The notes: generated by a model not told the origin, from the sequence alone. A DNA stretch of 63,751 nucleotides, filler included, from Chiloscyllium plagiosum (GCF_004010195.1; 4 parts of 2 records of this genome joined end to end with filler, not necessarily neighbours in it), one strand, 5' to 3'; positions 14,350 through 27,414 are shown, counted from the first letter of the whole stretch. Made by a program: numbers and translations.

Positions 14350-14543
14350 AGGCCAGTGGAAGTGATTGAGGCGGGTACATTAACAACATTTAAAAGGTAT
14401 TTGGACAAATACATGGATAGGAAAAGATTAGAAGGATATGGGCCAAGTGCAGGGACATGACGTTAGTGTGGATGGACATTTTGATCAGCATGGTCTAGTT
14501 AGGACCAACGGGCCTGTCTCCGTGCTGTAGGACTCTATGACTC
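14350..14543 (+). mobile_element. CR1 3' terminal fragment
   Basis: Encodes VIEAGTLTTFKRYLDKYM, followed by a 3' UTR and CTATGACT tail. Confidence 0.8.
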
Positions 14544-14649
14544 CAAAAGTCTATCGATTGATATTCTGTCCCTGATCATCCGCAAACTTCAGCACGTCCA
14601 AAACATTGTAACCTATATCTTCTCAAATACTGAAGTAGTTCATGATAAA

Positions 14650-15610
14650 ACTGCAGCAAGATCTGGATAGTATGTATACAACTAACATTCATGCTACACA
14701 AGTTCCACACAATGACCATCTCCAATAAAAGAGAATTGAATCATCACCCCGTGACATTCAACAGCATCATCATCACTGAATGCCACACAATCAACGATCT
14801 GGAGTTACCATTGACCAGAAACTGAACTGGAATAGCCATAGTCAAGAATGTGGTGCTGGAAAAGCACAGCAGGTCAGGCAGCATCCAAGGAGCAGGAAAA
14901 TCAATGTTCCGGGAATAAGCCTTTCATCAGGAACGAGGCAGCCCGAAACATCGATTCTCCTGCTCCTCAGATGCTGCCAGACCTGATGTGCTTTTCCAGC
15001 TCCCCATTCTCGATTCTGATCTCCAGCATCTGCAGTCCTCACTTTCTCCTGGAATAGCCATATATATATATTGAGGCTGTAACAGCAGGTCAGAGGTTAA
15101 GAATCCTGCAGTAAGCAACTCACTTTCTGACCCCCCAAAGCCTGTCCACCACCTACAAGGCACAAGTCAGGTGTGTGATGGAATACTCCCCATTTGTCAT
15201 GATGGGTGCAGCTCCAACAAAAAGCTTTAAACTATCCAGGACAAAGTAGCCAGATTGGCACCACATCTGCAAACATCCACTCTTTCCATTTCGATGCTGA
15301 ATAGATTCACTGTAGTAATTTAACACGACTCATTTGATAGTACCTTCCGAACCTACAACCACTTTCATTGGGCAGCAGATATATGGGAACATCACACCTG
15401 CAAGTTTGCTTCCAATCCACTCACCATCCTGACTTGGAAAGACTTTGCTGTTTCTTCACTATCGTTGAGTCTAAATCCTGGAAGTGCCTCATAAACAGCT
15501 CTGTGGGTCTAACTGCAGCAAATAGATTGCAATTCATCAGCACCATCTGAAGGTTAATAAATGCTGGCCCAACCAGTGTTTCCCACATCCTATGAGTGAA
15601 TGAAAAAAAA
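14650..15610 (+). mobile_element. Decayed L2-type LINE 3' region, interrupted by a PLE foldback
   Basis: Remnants GVTIDQKLNW..H and YKAQVR..MEYSP. Same tail as 900-1285. Confidence 0.7.
14841..15048 (+). mobile_element. Penelope-derived foldback mini-element, family A
   Basis: ~75-bp inverted arms around hammerhead remnants. 14-bp TSD CTGGAATAGCCATA at 14827-14840 and 15049-15062. Confidence 0.88.
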
Positions 15611-16720
15611 ATTGCCACGCAATAAATCTCACTCAGTAATCACCAGTCCTCACTGACTTACATAGGTTCCCTAGACATGACTTGGAATAAACTTTCACAA
15701 CCTACACCAATTCTATTTTTGCAACCACCTTCAAACTTATAGCTTTTTCTGCACTCTTTAATCATTTAACATATGCCTTTTGTATAACTCTTCCATCAAC
15801 TGACTTAACTCCATTCTTTGATAGCTCTCACAAAACTCGTGGTCTTTTAAGCTTCTTTTAAGCCTTTAGTAATCTTTTCAATATCCATATTTTATTCCAA
15901 CTTTTTGATCCTCTTAATTCCTTATTTATTTTGTTGCTTTGAAGGCATTGTATAAATGCAAATTGTTTATTCTGGAAAGCACCTGATAACAGACTGAACT
16001 GAATATATTTAACTGGGTTTATTGTTGACAAAATAATTGAAAATGATAGCATTCTTTTACTGTAGTTTAGCCCAGAGGACAATGAAGATATAATTAATGT
16101 AAATTCCCAATGTGGCTAATGCAGCGGGTTGCTAAAAGTGACTGTTTTTGCTATATAATCACAATCTTAAAACGAAATCACCTGTTTGTCAAAGGATAAT
16201 GTTTCAGGGTCAGTATATAATTTATTATTTGTAAATTTGTTAAGTAGAAGTTTTTTTTTCTGAACAGCCATCATTCAGAATGTATCCTTTAGAGAACAGA
16301 TAAATATGTAATAGATGCAACTCAGCAAGTGAAATATTTAATCAATTTGATTTTAAACGACTGATGTTCTTTTTCAGATATATCTCAATAAGCTGGCATC
16401 AATTTGAGATAAAGCACTAAATAGACAGGAAATAAAATAAATAACTAAAGGATTATAAGGAAAAGGATGAAAAGAATTGATTAAATATTATCTTCATTTG
16501 CACATCTAACTTTTGGGATAGAGGGAAAATTGACAGAAATCAGGAAACTAACTTCAGATAAAGAGTTATAACTGGAATGTTAATTTAATTTTCTCTTTCA
16601 AGATTCTTGTAGAGTTACAAAATTTTGCTCATTTCAAATTATGAGGTTTTTATATTCATTCAAGGGATTGTGGGGATGGCTGCGGGTCAGGATTTGTTGC
16701 CTATCCCTAATTATCATGGA

Positions 16721-17515
16721 GAATTGAATTGAATTTATTGTCAAGTGTACAGAGGCACAGTGAAAAGCTTTGTCTTGCGAGCAATACAGGCAGATCACGG
16801 AGTTAAATAACATAAATAAGTAAATAATAGGTAAACAGCGGCAAAAACAAAAACACAGATACAGGCGAATGTTAAAAGTTTGTGAGTCCATTCAGTATTC
16901 TAACAACAGTAGGGTTGAAACTGTTTCGAAACCGGCTGGTGCGTGTTCAGGCTTTTGTACTTTCTCCTCGATGGTAGAGGTTGTAGAAAAACATTGCCAG
17001 GGTGGGATAAATCTTTGAGAATGTTGGCAGCCTTTCCTTAACAGCGAGCGTGGTAGATGGATTCTATAGATGGGAGTTTGGCCTTTGTGATTGTATGGAC
17101 CGAGTTCACCACTCTCTGTAACTGTCTCCGATCTTGAATGGTGGTGCACCTATAAAGGTTGGCAAGGGTATATGCTGTCATACCAAATTTCCTCAGCTGC
17201 CTGAGGAAGAAGAGACGTTGTTGGGCCTTTGTAACCAGAGCCTCCACATGAAGAGTCAAAGAAAACTTGTGGATGAGCACTCACTGGAGCTTGACCCTCT
17301 CCACTCGTTCCACCTCTGTGCTGTTAATGTATAGGGAGGGGCATGAGTAACATCCCGCCAAAAGTCAATAATGAGTTCCTTGGTTTTGCCGTCATTGAGA
17401 GCTAGGCTGTTCTTAGAGCACCATTTTCCAGGTCTTGCACCTCCCGTCTATAGTCTGTTTCTTCCTATCTGAGATTCAACTAACTATAGTGGTGTCATCA
17501 GTGAACTTGCAAATG
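16721..17515 (-). mobile_element. Rex1/Babar-type LINE 3' part
   Basis: ORF 17038-17280 encodes KAQQRLFFLRQLRKFGM; (TTCAA)n tail at ~16721-16735. Confidence 0.8.
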
Positions 17516-17559
17516 ACTACTTGAACTGTTGTAGCTCTTCATGAGTGGGAATGGAGTTC

Positions 17560-18313
17560 ATAGAGTCATACAGTCATAGAGATGTACAGCACGGAAACAG
17601 ACCCTTCAGTCCAACTCATCAATGCTGGCCAGATATCCCAACTCAATCTAATCCCACCAGCCAGCACTCGGCCCATATCCCTCCAAACCCTTCCTATTCA
17701 TATACCCATCCAGATGCCTTTTAAATGTTGCAATTGTACCAGCCTCCACCACTTCCTCTGGCACCTCATTCCATACACGTACTGCATTTAAACGTTGCCC
17801 CTTAGGTTTCTTTTATACCTTTCCCCTCTCACCCTAGACCTACATCTTCTAGTTCTGGACTCCCCCACCTGAGCGAAAAGACTTTATCTATTTATCCTAT
17901 CCGTGCCCCTTATAATTTTATAAACCTCTATAAGGTCACCCCTCAGCCTCCGACACTCCAGGGAAAACAGCCCCAGCCTGTTCAGCCTCTCCCTATAGCT
18001 CAAATCCTCCAACCCTGGCAACATCCTTGTAAATCTTTTCTGAACCGTTTCAAGTTTCACAACATCTTTCCGATAGGAAGGAGACCAGAATTGCACACAA
18101 TATTCCAACAGTGGCCTAACCAATGTCCTGCACAGCCGCAACATGACCTCCCAACTCCTGTACTCAATACTCCAACCAATAAAGGAAAGCGTACCAGACG
18201 CCTTCTTCACTATCCTATCTACCTGTGTCTCCATTTTCAAGGAACTATGAACCTGCATTCCAAGGTCTCTTTGTTCAGCAACACTCCCTAGGACCTTACA
18301 ATTAAGTGTATAA
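17560..18313 (-). mobile_element. CR1 3' fragment
   Basis: ORF 17884-18258; CTATGACT tail. Confidence 0.9.
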
Positions 18314-19173
18314 GTTCCAGAATTTCAACCCAGCAACAGCGAAGGAACTGAAAAATAGTCCCAAATTAGGGTGGCATGTAACTTGGAGGGGGCCATGCAG
18401 GTGATGGCGTTTCCACACATCAGCTGCTCTTGTCCTTCTCAGAGGTAGAGGTCACAGGTTTAAAAGGAGCATATGAAGGAGCATTGGTGAGTTGCAGCAG
18501 TGTGTTTTGTGGATGGTACAGTCTGAAGTCACTGTGCATTAATGGGAGCTTATGTTGAAAGGAGTGATTAGGGTGCCAAACAAGTGGGCTGCAATCTCCT
18601 GGCTGGTATCAAGCTTCTAAAGTAGCCTTCATAGAACATAGAACATAGAAAAGTACAGTATAGACTAGGCCCAGAACAGAACACATTCCATGCATTCACA
18701 ACTCTCTGCGTAAAGAACCTACCTCTGACGTCTCCTTCATACCTTGCCCCTAATATTTTCAAACCATGACTCCTCGCACCAGTCAATCCTTCCCTGGGGA
18801 AAATTCTCTGGCTATTGACTCTATCTATTCCTCTCAATACCTTGTATACCTCGATCAGGTCTCCTCTCTACCTCCTTCTCTCCAGAGAGAAAAGTATGAG
18901 TTTATTCAACCTTTCTTCATACGGCAAACTCTCCAGTCCAGGCAGCATCCTGGTAAACCTTCTTTGTACCCTCTCCAAAGCCTCTGTACCTTTCCTATAG
19001 TAGGGCAACCAGAACTGGACACAATATTCCAAGTGTGGTCTCACCAGGGACTTGTAGAGCTGCAGCAAAACCTCACGGCTCTTAAACTCCATCCCCCTGT
19101 TGATGAAAGCCAAAACACCATATGCTTTCTTAACCCTATCCACTTGGGTGACAGCTTTGAGGGACCTATGCAC

Positions 19174-19531
19174 TTTCCTGCTCCTCGGATGCTTGCCTGA
19201 CCTGCTGTGCTTTTCCAGCACCACTCTAATCCAAACTCTGGTATCCAGCATCTGCAGTGCTCACTTTTGCCTACCTTGAAGAAGTTCTCCTCCTCTCTCC
19301 ACAAGAATCTCAGTGAGTCTCTCTCTCTCTCACTGCAACCCCCAGGTCATCTCCTCTGCCCCCATTTATCTCTCCACCCTGGAGGCTCCCTGCCTCTATT
19401 CCTGATGAAGGGCTTTTGCCCAAAACGTCAATTTTACCGCTCCTCGGATTCTGCCTCACCTGCTGTGCTTCTCCAGCACCACTCTAATCTATAGTCTGGT
19501 TTCCAGCAACTGCAGTCCTCACTTTTGCCTA
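19174..19531 (+). mobile_element. Mini Penelope-derived element with direct terminal repeats (~260-bp period) and one hammerhead motif
   Basis: ~100-bp direct repeats at 19174-19272 and 19433-19531. Hammerhead-like CTGATGAAGGGCTTTTGCCCAAAACGTC at 19402-19429. Interrupts a CR1 RT. Confidence 0.82.
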
Positions 19532-20545
19532 CATACTTGCACACCCAGATCCCTCTGTTCCTCCACACTGCCAAGAATACTGTCTTTAATCCTATATTCA
19601 TCATTCAAGTTCGACCTTCCAAAATGTATCACTTCACATTTATCCAGCTTGAACTCCATCTGCCATTTCTCAGCCCAGCTCTGCATCCTGTCTATGTCGC
19701 ACTGTAGCCTGCAATAGCCCTTTGTGTCATCGGCAAATTTACTAACCCACCCCTCAACCTCTTCATCCAAGTCATTTATAAAAACTAGAAAGAGCAGAGG
19801 CCCAAGAACAGAGCCCTGTGGGACCCCACTCAACACTGACCTCCAGGCAGAATACTTTCCATCGACAACCACTCTCTGCCTTCTGTCAGCCAACCAGTTC
19901 TGAATCTAGATAGCCAAATCTCCCTGTATACCATACTTCCTGACTTTATGAATGAGCCTACCATAGGGAATCTTATCAAATAACTTGCTGAAGTCCATAT
20001 ACACCACATCCACTGCTCGACCTCTGTCGACGTATCTTGTCACCTCCTCAAAGAACTCAATAAGATTTGTGAGGCATGACCTGCCCCTCACAAAGCCATG
20101 CTGACTGCTTTTAATCACACTATGCTTTACCAAATAATCATAAATCCTATCCCTCAGAATTCTTTCCAAAACCTTACTGACCACAGATGTAAGACTGACT
20201 GGTCTGTAATTGCCAGGGATTTCCCGATTACCCTTCTTGAAAAGAGGAACAACATTCACCTCCCTCCAATCCTCTGTTACGTCTCCCGTGGAGAGTGAGG
20301 AAGCAAATATCCTCACCAGCGGCTTAGCAACCTCCTTTCTCGCTTCCCAAAGCAGCCTAGGATAAATCTGGTATGGCTCTGGGGGCTAAGCAATCTTAAT
20401 GTTTGCCAAAATTTCCAGCACATCAACTTCCTCAATCTTGATCTGTTCAAGACTGTATCCCAGCTCCTCAAATTTTTATTCATAACAAGGTCCCTTTCCT
20501 TGGTGAAAACTGAAGCAAAAAACTCATTTAGGGCTTCCCCTATCT

Positions 20546-22323
20546 TGGGATTGGTACCTGGAATTTCGATGTTGTGGCTATTACGGAGACATGGGTAGAA
20601 CAGGGACAGGATTGGCTGTTGCAGGTTCCAGGGTTTAAGTGTTTTAGTAGGGTCAGAAGTGGGGGTAAAAGAGGGGGAGGTGTGGCATTGCTTGTCAAAG
20701 ATAGTATTACTGCGGTGGAAAGGACTATGGATGAAGACTCACCATCTGAGGTAGTTTGGGCTGAGGTTAGGAATAGGAAAGGTGAGGTCACCCTGTTAGG
20801 CGTTTTCTACAGGCCTCCTAATAGTCCTAGAGATGTAGAAGAAAGGATTGCGAATATGATTCAGGAGAAGAGTGAAAGTAATAAGGTGGTTGTTATGGGG
20901 AACTTTAACTTTCCAGATATTGACTGGGAAAGCTATAGCTCGAGTTCGTTAAATGGGTCGGTGTTTGTCCAATGTGTGCAGGATGGTTTTCTGACACAAT
21001 ATCTAGACAGGCCAACAAGAGGTGAGGCCATACTGGATTTGGTTCTGGGTAACGAACCAGGCCAGGTGTTAGAATTGGAGGTAGGTGAGCACTTTGGGGA
21101 CAGTGACCACAATTCGGTGACTTTTACTCTAGTGATGGAGAGGGATAAGTGTGCACTTCAGGGCAAGAGTTATAGCTGGGGGCAGGGAAAATATGATGCG
21201 GTGAGGCACGACTTAGGATGTGAGGCTTGGAAAAGTAGGCTTCAAGGCATGGGCACAATTGATATGTGGAGCTTGTTCAAGGAGCAACTATTGAGTGTCA
21301 TTGATAAGTATGTACCTGTCAGGCAGGGAGGAAAGGGTCGTGTGAGGGAGCCGTGGTTTAATAAGGAATTGGAATCCCTTGTTAAAGGGAAGAGGATGGN
21401 NNNNNNNNNNNNNNNNNNNNNNNNNNNNNNNNNNNNNNNNNNNTTAATTAATTAANNNNNNNNNNNNNNNNNNNNNNNNNNNNNNNNNNNNNNNNNNNNG
21501 GGGGTCTATAATACAATCCCAATAATGAAAGGTGGCAAATGGAATTCAATGTAGCTAAGTGTGAGGTGATTCACTTCGGGAAGAATAACAAAACGATGGG
21601 GTACTGGGCTAATGGTCGGGTACTTGGTAGTGTGGATGAGCAGAGGGATCTTGGTGTCCATGTACTCAGATCTTTGAAAGTTGCCACCCAGGTAAATAGT
21701 GCGGTGAAGGCATATGGCGTACTGGCTTTTATTGGTAGAGGAATTGAGTTCCGGAGTCCTGAGGTCATGTTGCAGTTGTATAAGACTCTGGTGCGGCTGC
21801 ATCTGGAGTATTGTGTGCAGTTTTGGTCGCCATATTATAGGAAGGATGTGGAGGCACTGGAATGGGTGCAGAGGAGGTTTACCAGGATGTTGTCTGGTAT
21901 GGTAGGAAGATCGTATGAGGGAAGGCTGAGGCACTTGGGGCTGTTTTCATTGGGGAAAAGAAGGTTTAGGGGTGACTTGATAGAGGTGTACAAGATGATT
22001 AGGGGTTTGGATAGGGTTGACCATGAGAACCTTTTTCCACGTATGGAGTCAGCTATCACGAGGGGGCATAGCTTTAAATTAAGGGGTGGTAGGTCTAGGA
22101 CAGATGTTAGGGGTAGATTCTTTACTCAGCGAGTCGTGAGTTCATGGAATGCCCTGCCAGTAGCAGTGGTGGACTCTCCCTCTTTATGGGCATTTAAACG
22201 GGCATTGGATAGGCATATGGAGGATAGTGGGCTAGTGTAGGTTAGTTGTGCTTGGATCGGCGCAACATCGAGGGCCAAAGGGCCTGTACTGCGTTGTATT
22301 CTTCTATGTTCTATGTTCTAGTT
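20546..22323 (+). mobile_element. Young CR1 LINE (APE endonuclease ORF 20574-21399, RT C-terminus 21539-22240) spanning a gap
   Basis: Motifs AITETW, GGGVAL, FYRPP, GDSDHN; (TTCTATG)n tail. CTATCT is duplicated at 20540-20545 and 22324-22329. Confidence 0.88.
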
Positions 22324-23529
22324 CTATCTGCTAAGACTCCACGCACAAGTTCCCTCCGCTATCCCTGATCGGCCCTATCTTCTCCCTGATCATTCTCTTA
22401 TTCCTCAGGTATGAGTGTAATGCCTTTGGGTTCTCCCTAATCCTTCCTGCCAAGTCTTTTTCATGTTCCCTCCTCACTCTCCTCAGTCCATTTCTGAGCT
22501 CCTTTCTAGTAAGCCTGTAATCCTCTAAAGCTGTGCTGGATCCTTGCTTCCTCCACCTTACGTAAGCTGCCTTCTTCCTTTTGACGAGTAGCTCCTCTGT
22601 TCTCATCATCCAAGGTTCCTTAATCTTACCCCTTCTTACCTGTCTCTGTGGAACAAATTTGTGCATCACTTGCAACAACTGGTCCTTAAATAGTCTCCAC
22701 ATGTCTGCTGTGCCCTTTCTGTGGAACAATTGCTCTCAGTCTGTACTTCCCAACCCCTGTCTGATAGCGTCATCATTTCCTTTTCCCCAATTAAATATCT
22801 TCCCTTGGTAACTGCTTCTTTCCCTCTCCAAGGCTGTGGTAAATATGAGGCAGTTGTGGTCACTGTCACCAAAGTGTTCTGCCACCACGAGACCTGACAC
22901 CTGTCCTGGCTCATTGCTGAGCACCAAATCCAAAATGGTCTCTCCCCTCGTTGGTCTGTCTACATACTGAGTAAGGAAACCCTCCTGAACACACCTGACA
23001 AAAACAGCTCCATCCAAACTATCTGCACTTAGGAGGTTCTAGTCGATATTGGGAAAGTTGAAATCACCCATAACAACAACCCTGCTACATCTGCATTTTT
23101 CCAAAATCTGCCCAACTATGAGATCTTCAATCTCTCTACTGCTATTAGGCGGTCTGTTGAAAACCCCCAGTGCGGTGGCTGTTCCCTTCTGGTTCCTAAC
23201 TTCTACCCATACTGACTCAGTAGAGAAACCTTCCTCAACAACCTTAGTTTCTGTAGCTGTGATGCACTCTCTGATTAAAGCTGGACCCATCCAGGCAAAT
23301 GGAGAGTATACCTTCACACTCCAAACATGTGCCTTGTAGATAGTGGACAAACACTGGGCAGTTAGGTAGTGAGTTACTCAGTTGAATTCCTAGCTTCCTA
23401 AGCAGTTCTTGAAGTATTATTTTGTGCCTATGGCCACAAGTGCTAAAAACGAGGGGAAAATACGCAAGTCCAATATTAAATTACACCATTCTCTTGCTGA
23501 CTTTTGTCTTTGGTGTGGTTTCCAAAGCA

Positions 23530-23893
23530 TTAGAATCATAGAATCCCTATAGTGTGAAAACACGCCCTTCGGCCCAACAAGTCCACATTGACACTCCGAA
23601 GAGTAACCCACCCAGACTCTTCCCCTACCCTATTATCCTATATTTACCTCTGACTAATGCACCTAATCTACATATCCTTGAACACTATGGGAAATTTAGC
23701 ATAGTTAACTCTCCTACTATGCACATCTTTGGATTGTGGGAGGAAATCGAAGCACTCAGAGGAAACCCACACAGACATGGGGAGAATGTGCAAACTCCGC
23801 ACAGACAGTTGCCCAAGGCTGGAATCAAACCCTGGTCCCTGGTCCCTGGCACTGTGAGGCAGCAGTGCTAACCCCTGAGCCCCATACCACCCC
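23530..23893 (-). mobile_element. HE1-type tRNA-derived V-SINE
   Basis: tRNA-like head, V-domain (GGAGTTTGCACATTCTCCCC..GGGTTTCCTC) and CR1-derived tail TGGGCCGAAGGG. Confidence 0.85.
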
Positions 23894-25529
23894 TCTATTA
23901 GAATTAGCAGTAATTAGGATAATAGAGCAGAATTTTAACTGCAAACATATTGGTCCAGGATTTGCTGGGAAAACGTAAGTGCGTTTAATGCAGACAATGT
24001 TATTACTGTGTAAATCATTTAGCAATTTATGTCAAGCAAGAGGTACCCTGCAAGTTGGAAATTACAACATATTGCCAGATGATTTGCACTACTCTGATGG
24101 AAATGATAACCTACTGTCAACCTGGCTGCAGGTGCTTTTGGTTGTTGAATCTGTGCACTAAATACAAATTAAACCCACAACAAGAAGTTACAGTGGGCTT
24201 TTAATTCCTTAAAGATCTTTTAAAATTAAATTTATGTTCCTGCAATCCCATTCAGCATCCTCAGTCAGAAAGAGAAAACGAATTGCAAATGACTTCTAAA
24301 TCCAGCAGGTATGAAATCTTGATCTTTTTCCTTTTTTAAAATATTTTAATTTTTTACGTTTAAAACAAATCTTTTTCCCTATCAGTTAATACAATTTCTT
24401 TCTTTATTTCTTCACTCTCCTGTGAGCTATTTGAATCCAATTCACTGTATTTCCTTCGGTTGTTCCGGTGCCTACATATTATTTTGCTTTAGAGACAGAC
24501 TGTTAGTCTCACTGTTTCCAAATTGAACTCCTAATTCCCAGGAATGACGGTAATATTGTGAGAGATCTTGTGAAAAATTATAAAGCAAGCTTCAAAAACA
24601 TTGAAAAGATTATAGTCTATGGCCAGAACTGCATCCTGCTGAACAGGGAGTTTCCATCCAAAAGAATTTGCTTGCGAGCTATAAATATATGATGCCACAA
24701 CCACTTATCATGAAATGTATCAGTTTCAATCAAACAATGTTTGTAAACTTGAGTATATGAAGGCAACAACTAAACTGTTAAAAAAGAACTTTTGAAAATA
24801 CAGCTTTACATCTAAAATTGCACATCTAAAGGTCTAGAGAGTTTAAAACCATGACAGTTACTCCGGGGTCAATGTTACCCAATAGTTGTCGTATTTATTT
24901 CTGAGAACGAAAGGATTTTGTGTCCTTTTTTATTACACCCTATGGTATGATATTGAATTTCTTACATCATCATGATCTTGAACTAGCAATGAGTGAAGTA
25001 AATGTTTCTAACAAAGATTAAGATGACTTATCATATCAATAATGAATATAAAATGTACAAAAAATGGCAGAAGGATCTGAAGGAGCAAAATCAATAATAA
25101 ACATTTCACAAAGATCTGCCTTACCAAAAAATCAGTCAAATCTTTTACCAAATTTTCATTACAAACAGAATTAAATGCCAGGTAAGGGTAAAGAGTGTAA
25201 AGCAATGCTGAGTGTGTGCTTTTCTGTAAAGACAGAATTCCTCAAATTCTGTCAAGGTAATTTGTTGTCTAACTCTTCGATCTTCCTGCCATATGGTATG
25301 GGAAAGAACTTTCAATCAAGCAAATTATGGTTATCAAGTCGTGCTGAAAGTGTTCAAGTCTTTAATCATTCAGCTTTGTGGTCTGCACAATCAGTTATTT
25401 TAGTTTTAGCAATATTTCCTCCAATGGTTAACTATTTTGCCATTTCCTGTAGCTATCATTCATTTATATTTCATTCAATTTAATATTGAATTACTTCTGC
25501 TACATTGTCATCAATAGTTTGATGTCTTG

Positions 25530-25930
25530 AATTTATATAGTGCCTTTATATAGTATTTTCCATGACTCCAGGATGTCCCTGAAATACTTTACAATGTTGT
25601 TTACACTTCACTGGCTAGGATGTAGGAATTGGATCAACGAATTTGAACTCAGCAAGTTTCTTCTAACAGCACTGACATAATGGCCAAATGCCCTACTGTC
25701 GTGTAATTGATTGAGAGATGAATTTAAATAAGGCATCATGGTATAATCCCCATCCTGCTCATTCAAATAGTGTCATGGAATCTTTAAAATCCACTGAAAG
25801 ACTGCAGTTCCAACATTCCCTCAGGACCACACATCAGTATGAACCTAGGTTTGGTCCTTGGGCCTTTCGACTTGAGACCTGAAGCCACAACCTTTTCAAA
25901 TCAGGTAGCATTGATACCACTGAACCATTA
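25530..25930 (-). mobile_element. Ancient Deu-type SINE remnant (SacSINE1/AmnSINE-like)
   Basis: Tail ATTTATATAGTGCCTTT, core CTGCTC.TTCAAATAGTG.CATGG.ATCTTT, and a tRNA-like head remnant. Recognised from memory and highly diverged. Confidence 0.5.
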
Positions 25931-26254
25931 CGGACATCTAGTTGGCTTCAAACTTACATTTATTTTTAAAAACCAAATGTAAAATGAAGAAAATGTACAG
26001 GCACTTTCACTTAGAACTCCTATCACAGATAATTATACCTTTAAAATTAAATGATGATCAGAAAGCATATGAAGCAAGTTTAGGAAAACAGTGCCCAGAA
26101 TATTTAATGGTCTGGGTAATAAACTGTCAGCATAAAATATAAGATAATGTTCTTTGCAATGTAATAGCCAACATTTAGACTAACTCCTATTCATGGTGCT
26201 ATGATAGCAACAAGTACTGTAGCACCTTTTAAATTGTTTTCAAACAAATGTTTT

Positions 26255-27225
26255 TTGATTTAATTTGATTTATTATTGTCACATGTCCTGAGTTACAGCA
26301 AAAAGTATTGTTTTGTGTGGCATCCAGACAAATCAAACCTAACACAAATACAGAATGCAGAAGATAGTGTTCTAGCTACAGAAAAGGTGCAGTGAAAGAT
26401 CAATTCTAACATATGAGAGGTCCATTCACATGTGATTTGATTTGATCTGATTTATTGTAGTCACGTGTAACTAATTACAGTGAAAAGCTTTGTTTGCAAG
26501 CAGTACATACAGAACATAACAAACAAGGACATCCAGATCAGAGGTTGCTTAGACAGAGTGATGCATACAGGTCACCCCGCACAAAGCAAGATCAGCATTA
26601 TTTGAGTTAGGGAGGTCCATTCATCAGCCTAGTAACAGCAGGGAAGAAGCTGTTCTTGAACAATGTTGAGCCATGTGTTCAAGCTTCTGTATTTTCTGCT
26701 GATGGAAGAGGTTGCAAGAGAGCATTACTGGGCTGTGTTGGGTTTTTGATGAGATTGGCAATCTTTCCGTGGCAATGAGAAGTTTAAATGGAGTCCATGG
26801 ATGGGAGGTGGCTTCCATGATGGTCCGGGCTGTGCACACAACCTTCTGTAGTTTCCTATGGTCCTGGGCAGAGCAGTTGCCATACGAGGCCGTTATGCAC
26901 CTGGACTGTATACTTTCTATGGAGGATATGTAAAAGTTGGTGACGGTCCTTATGGTCATACCAAATTTCCTAGGCTACCTGGGGAAATTCGGGCATTGTT
27001 GTGCCTTCTTGGACCATCGCATCTATGTGGGACGTCTGGGGCGGGTTGTCGATTATCATCATTTGACACTCTCCACCCTCTCAACCTTCTCTCTGTTAAT
27101 GTAGATGAGGGAGTGTTCTCTTTTCTTTCTGAAGTCAATGATCAGTATTTTTACTTTGCTGACATTGAGAGAGAGGTTGTTATCATTGCACCAGGACACC
27201 AAGCCCTCTATCTCCTTTCTGTATT
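26255..27225 (-). mobile_element. Rex1/Babar-type LINE 3' fragments
   Basis: ORF 26624-26959 encodes IESI..CITA.YGNCSAQD..KLQKVV. (TCAAA)n-type tails at ~26255 and ~26435. Confidence 0.72.
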
Positions 27226-27382
27226 CTCTAGTCTGATAACAGCAGGGAAGAAGCTGTTCTTAAATCTGTTGGTACATGTTTTCAAACTTTTGTATCTTCT
27301 GATTGATGGAAGAGGGTGGAAGCTGAAAAATGTGTTGCTGGAAAAGCGCAGCAGGTCAGGCAGCATCCAAGGAGCAGGAAAA

Positions 27383-27414
27383 TCGACGTTTCGGGCATAA
27401 GCCCTTCTTCAGGG
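27383..27414 (-). ncRNA. Minimal type I hammerhead ribozyme motif, family A, intact core
   Basis: CTGAAGA-A-GGGC-TTAT-GCCC-GAAA-CGTC. Palindromic ACGT stem III, GUC site, weak stem I. Confidence 0.72.

Larger units (their letters stand above)
18630..23277 (-). mobile_element. CR1 LINE (endonuclease to tail), interrupted at 19174-19531 and 20546-22323
   Basis: Minus-strand ORFs 18868-20316 and 22331-23350 (GDFNFPNID, ILDLVL, EHFGDSDHN, FADD). Same subfamily as 7015-8825. Confidence 0.9.
16650..23400 (-). mobile_element. Old L2-type LINE broken into pieces (~16650-16720, 17515-17559, 18314-18628, 23278-23400) by younger insertions
   Basis: The pieces are collinear with the reverse complement of the L2-type copies at 900-1285 and 14650-15610. 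Junction motif AGTTC is repeated at ~17555 and ~18314. Confidence 0.65.

Noticed and set aside
21400..21499. TTAATTAATTAA palindrome inside N runs (also 43101-43112 and 57964-57975)
   Set aside because: Each is 44 N + 12 nt + 44 N, a 100-bp artificial scaffolding spacer with stops in all frames. It is not biological, and adjacency across these gaps is uncertain.
1..22323. Highly similar ORFs 84-788 and 21539-22240 as a segmental duplication
   Set aside because: Similarity stops at the LINE tail and the flanks differ, so these are independent copies of one young CR1 subfamily.
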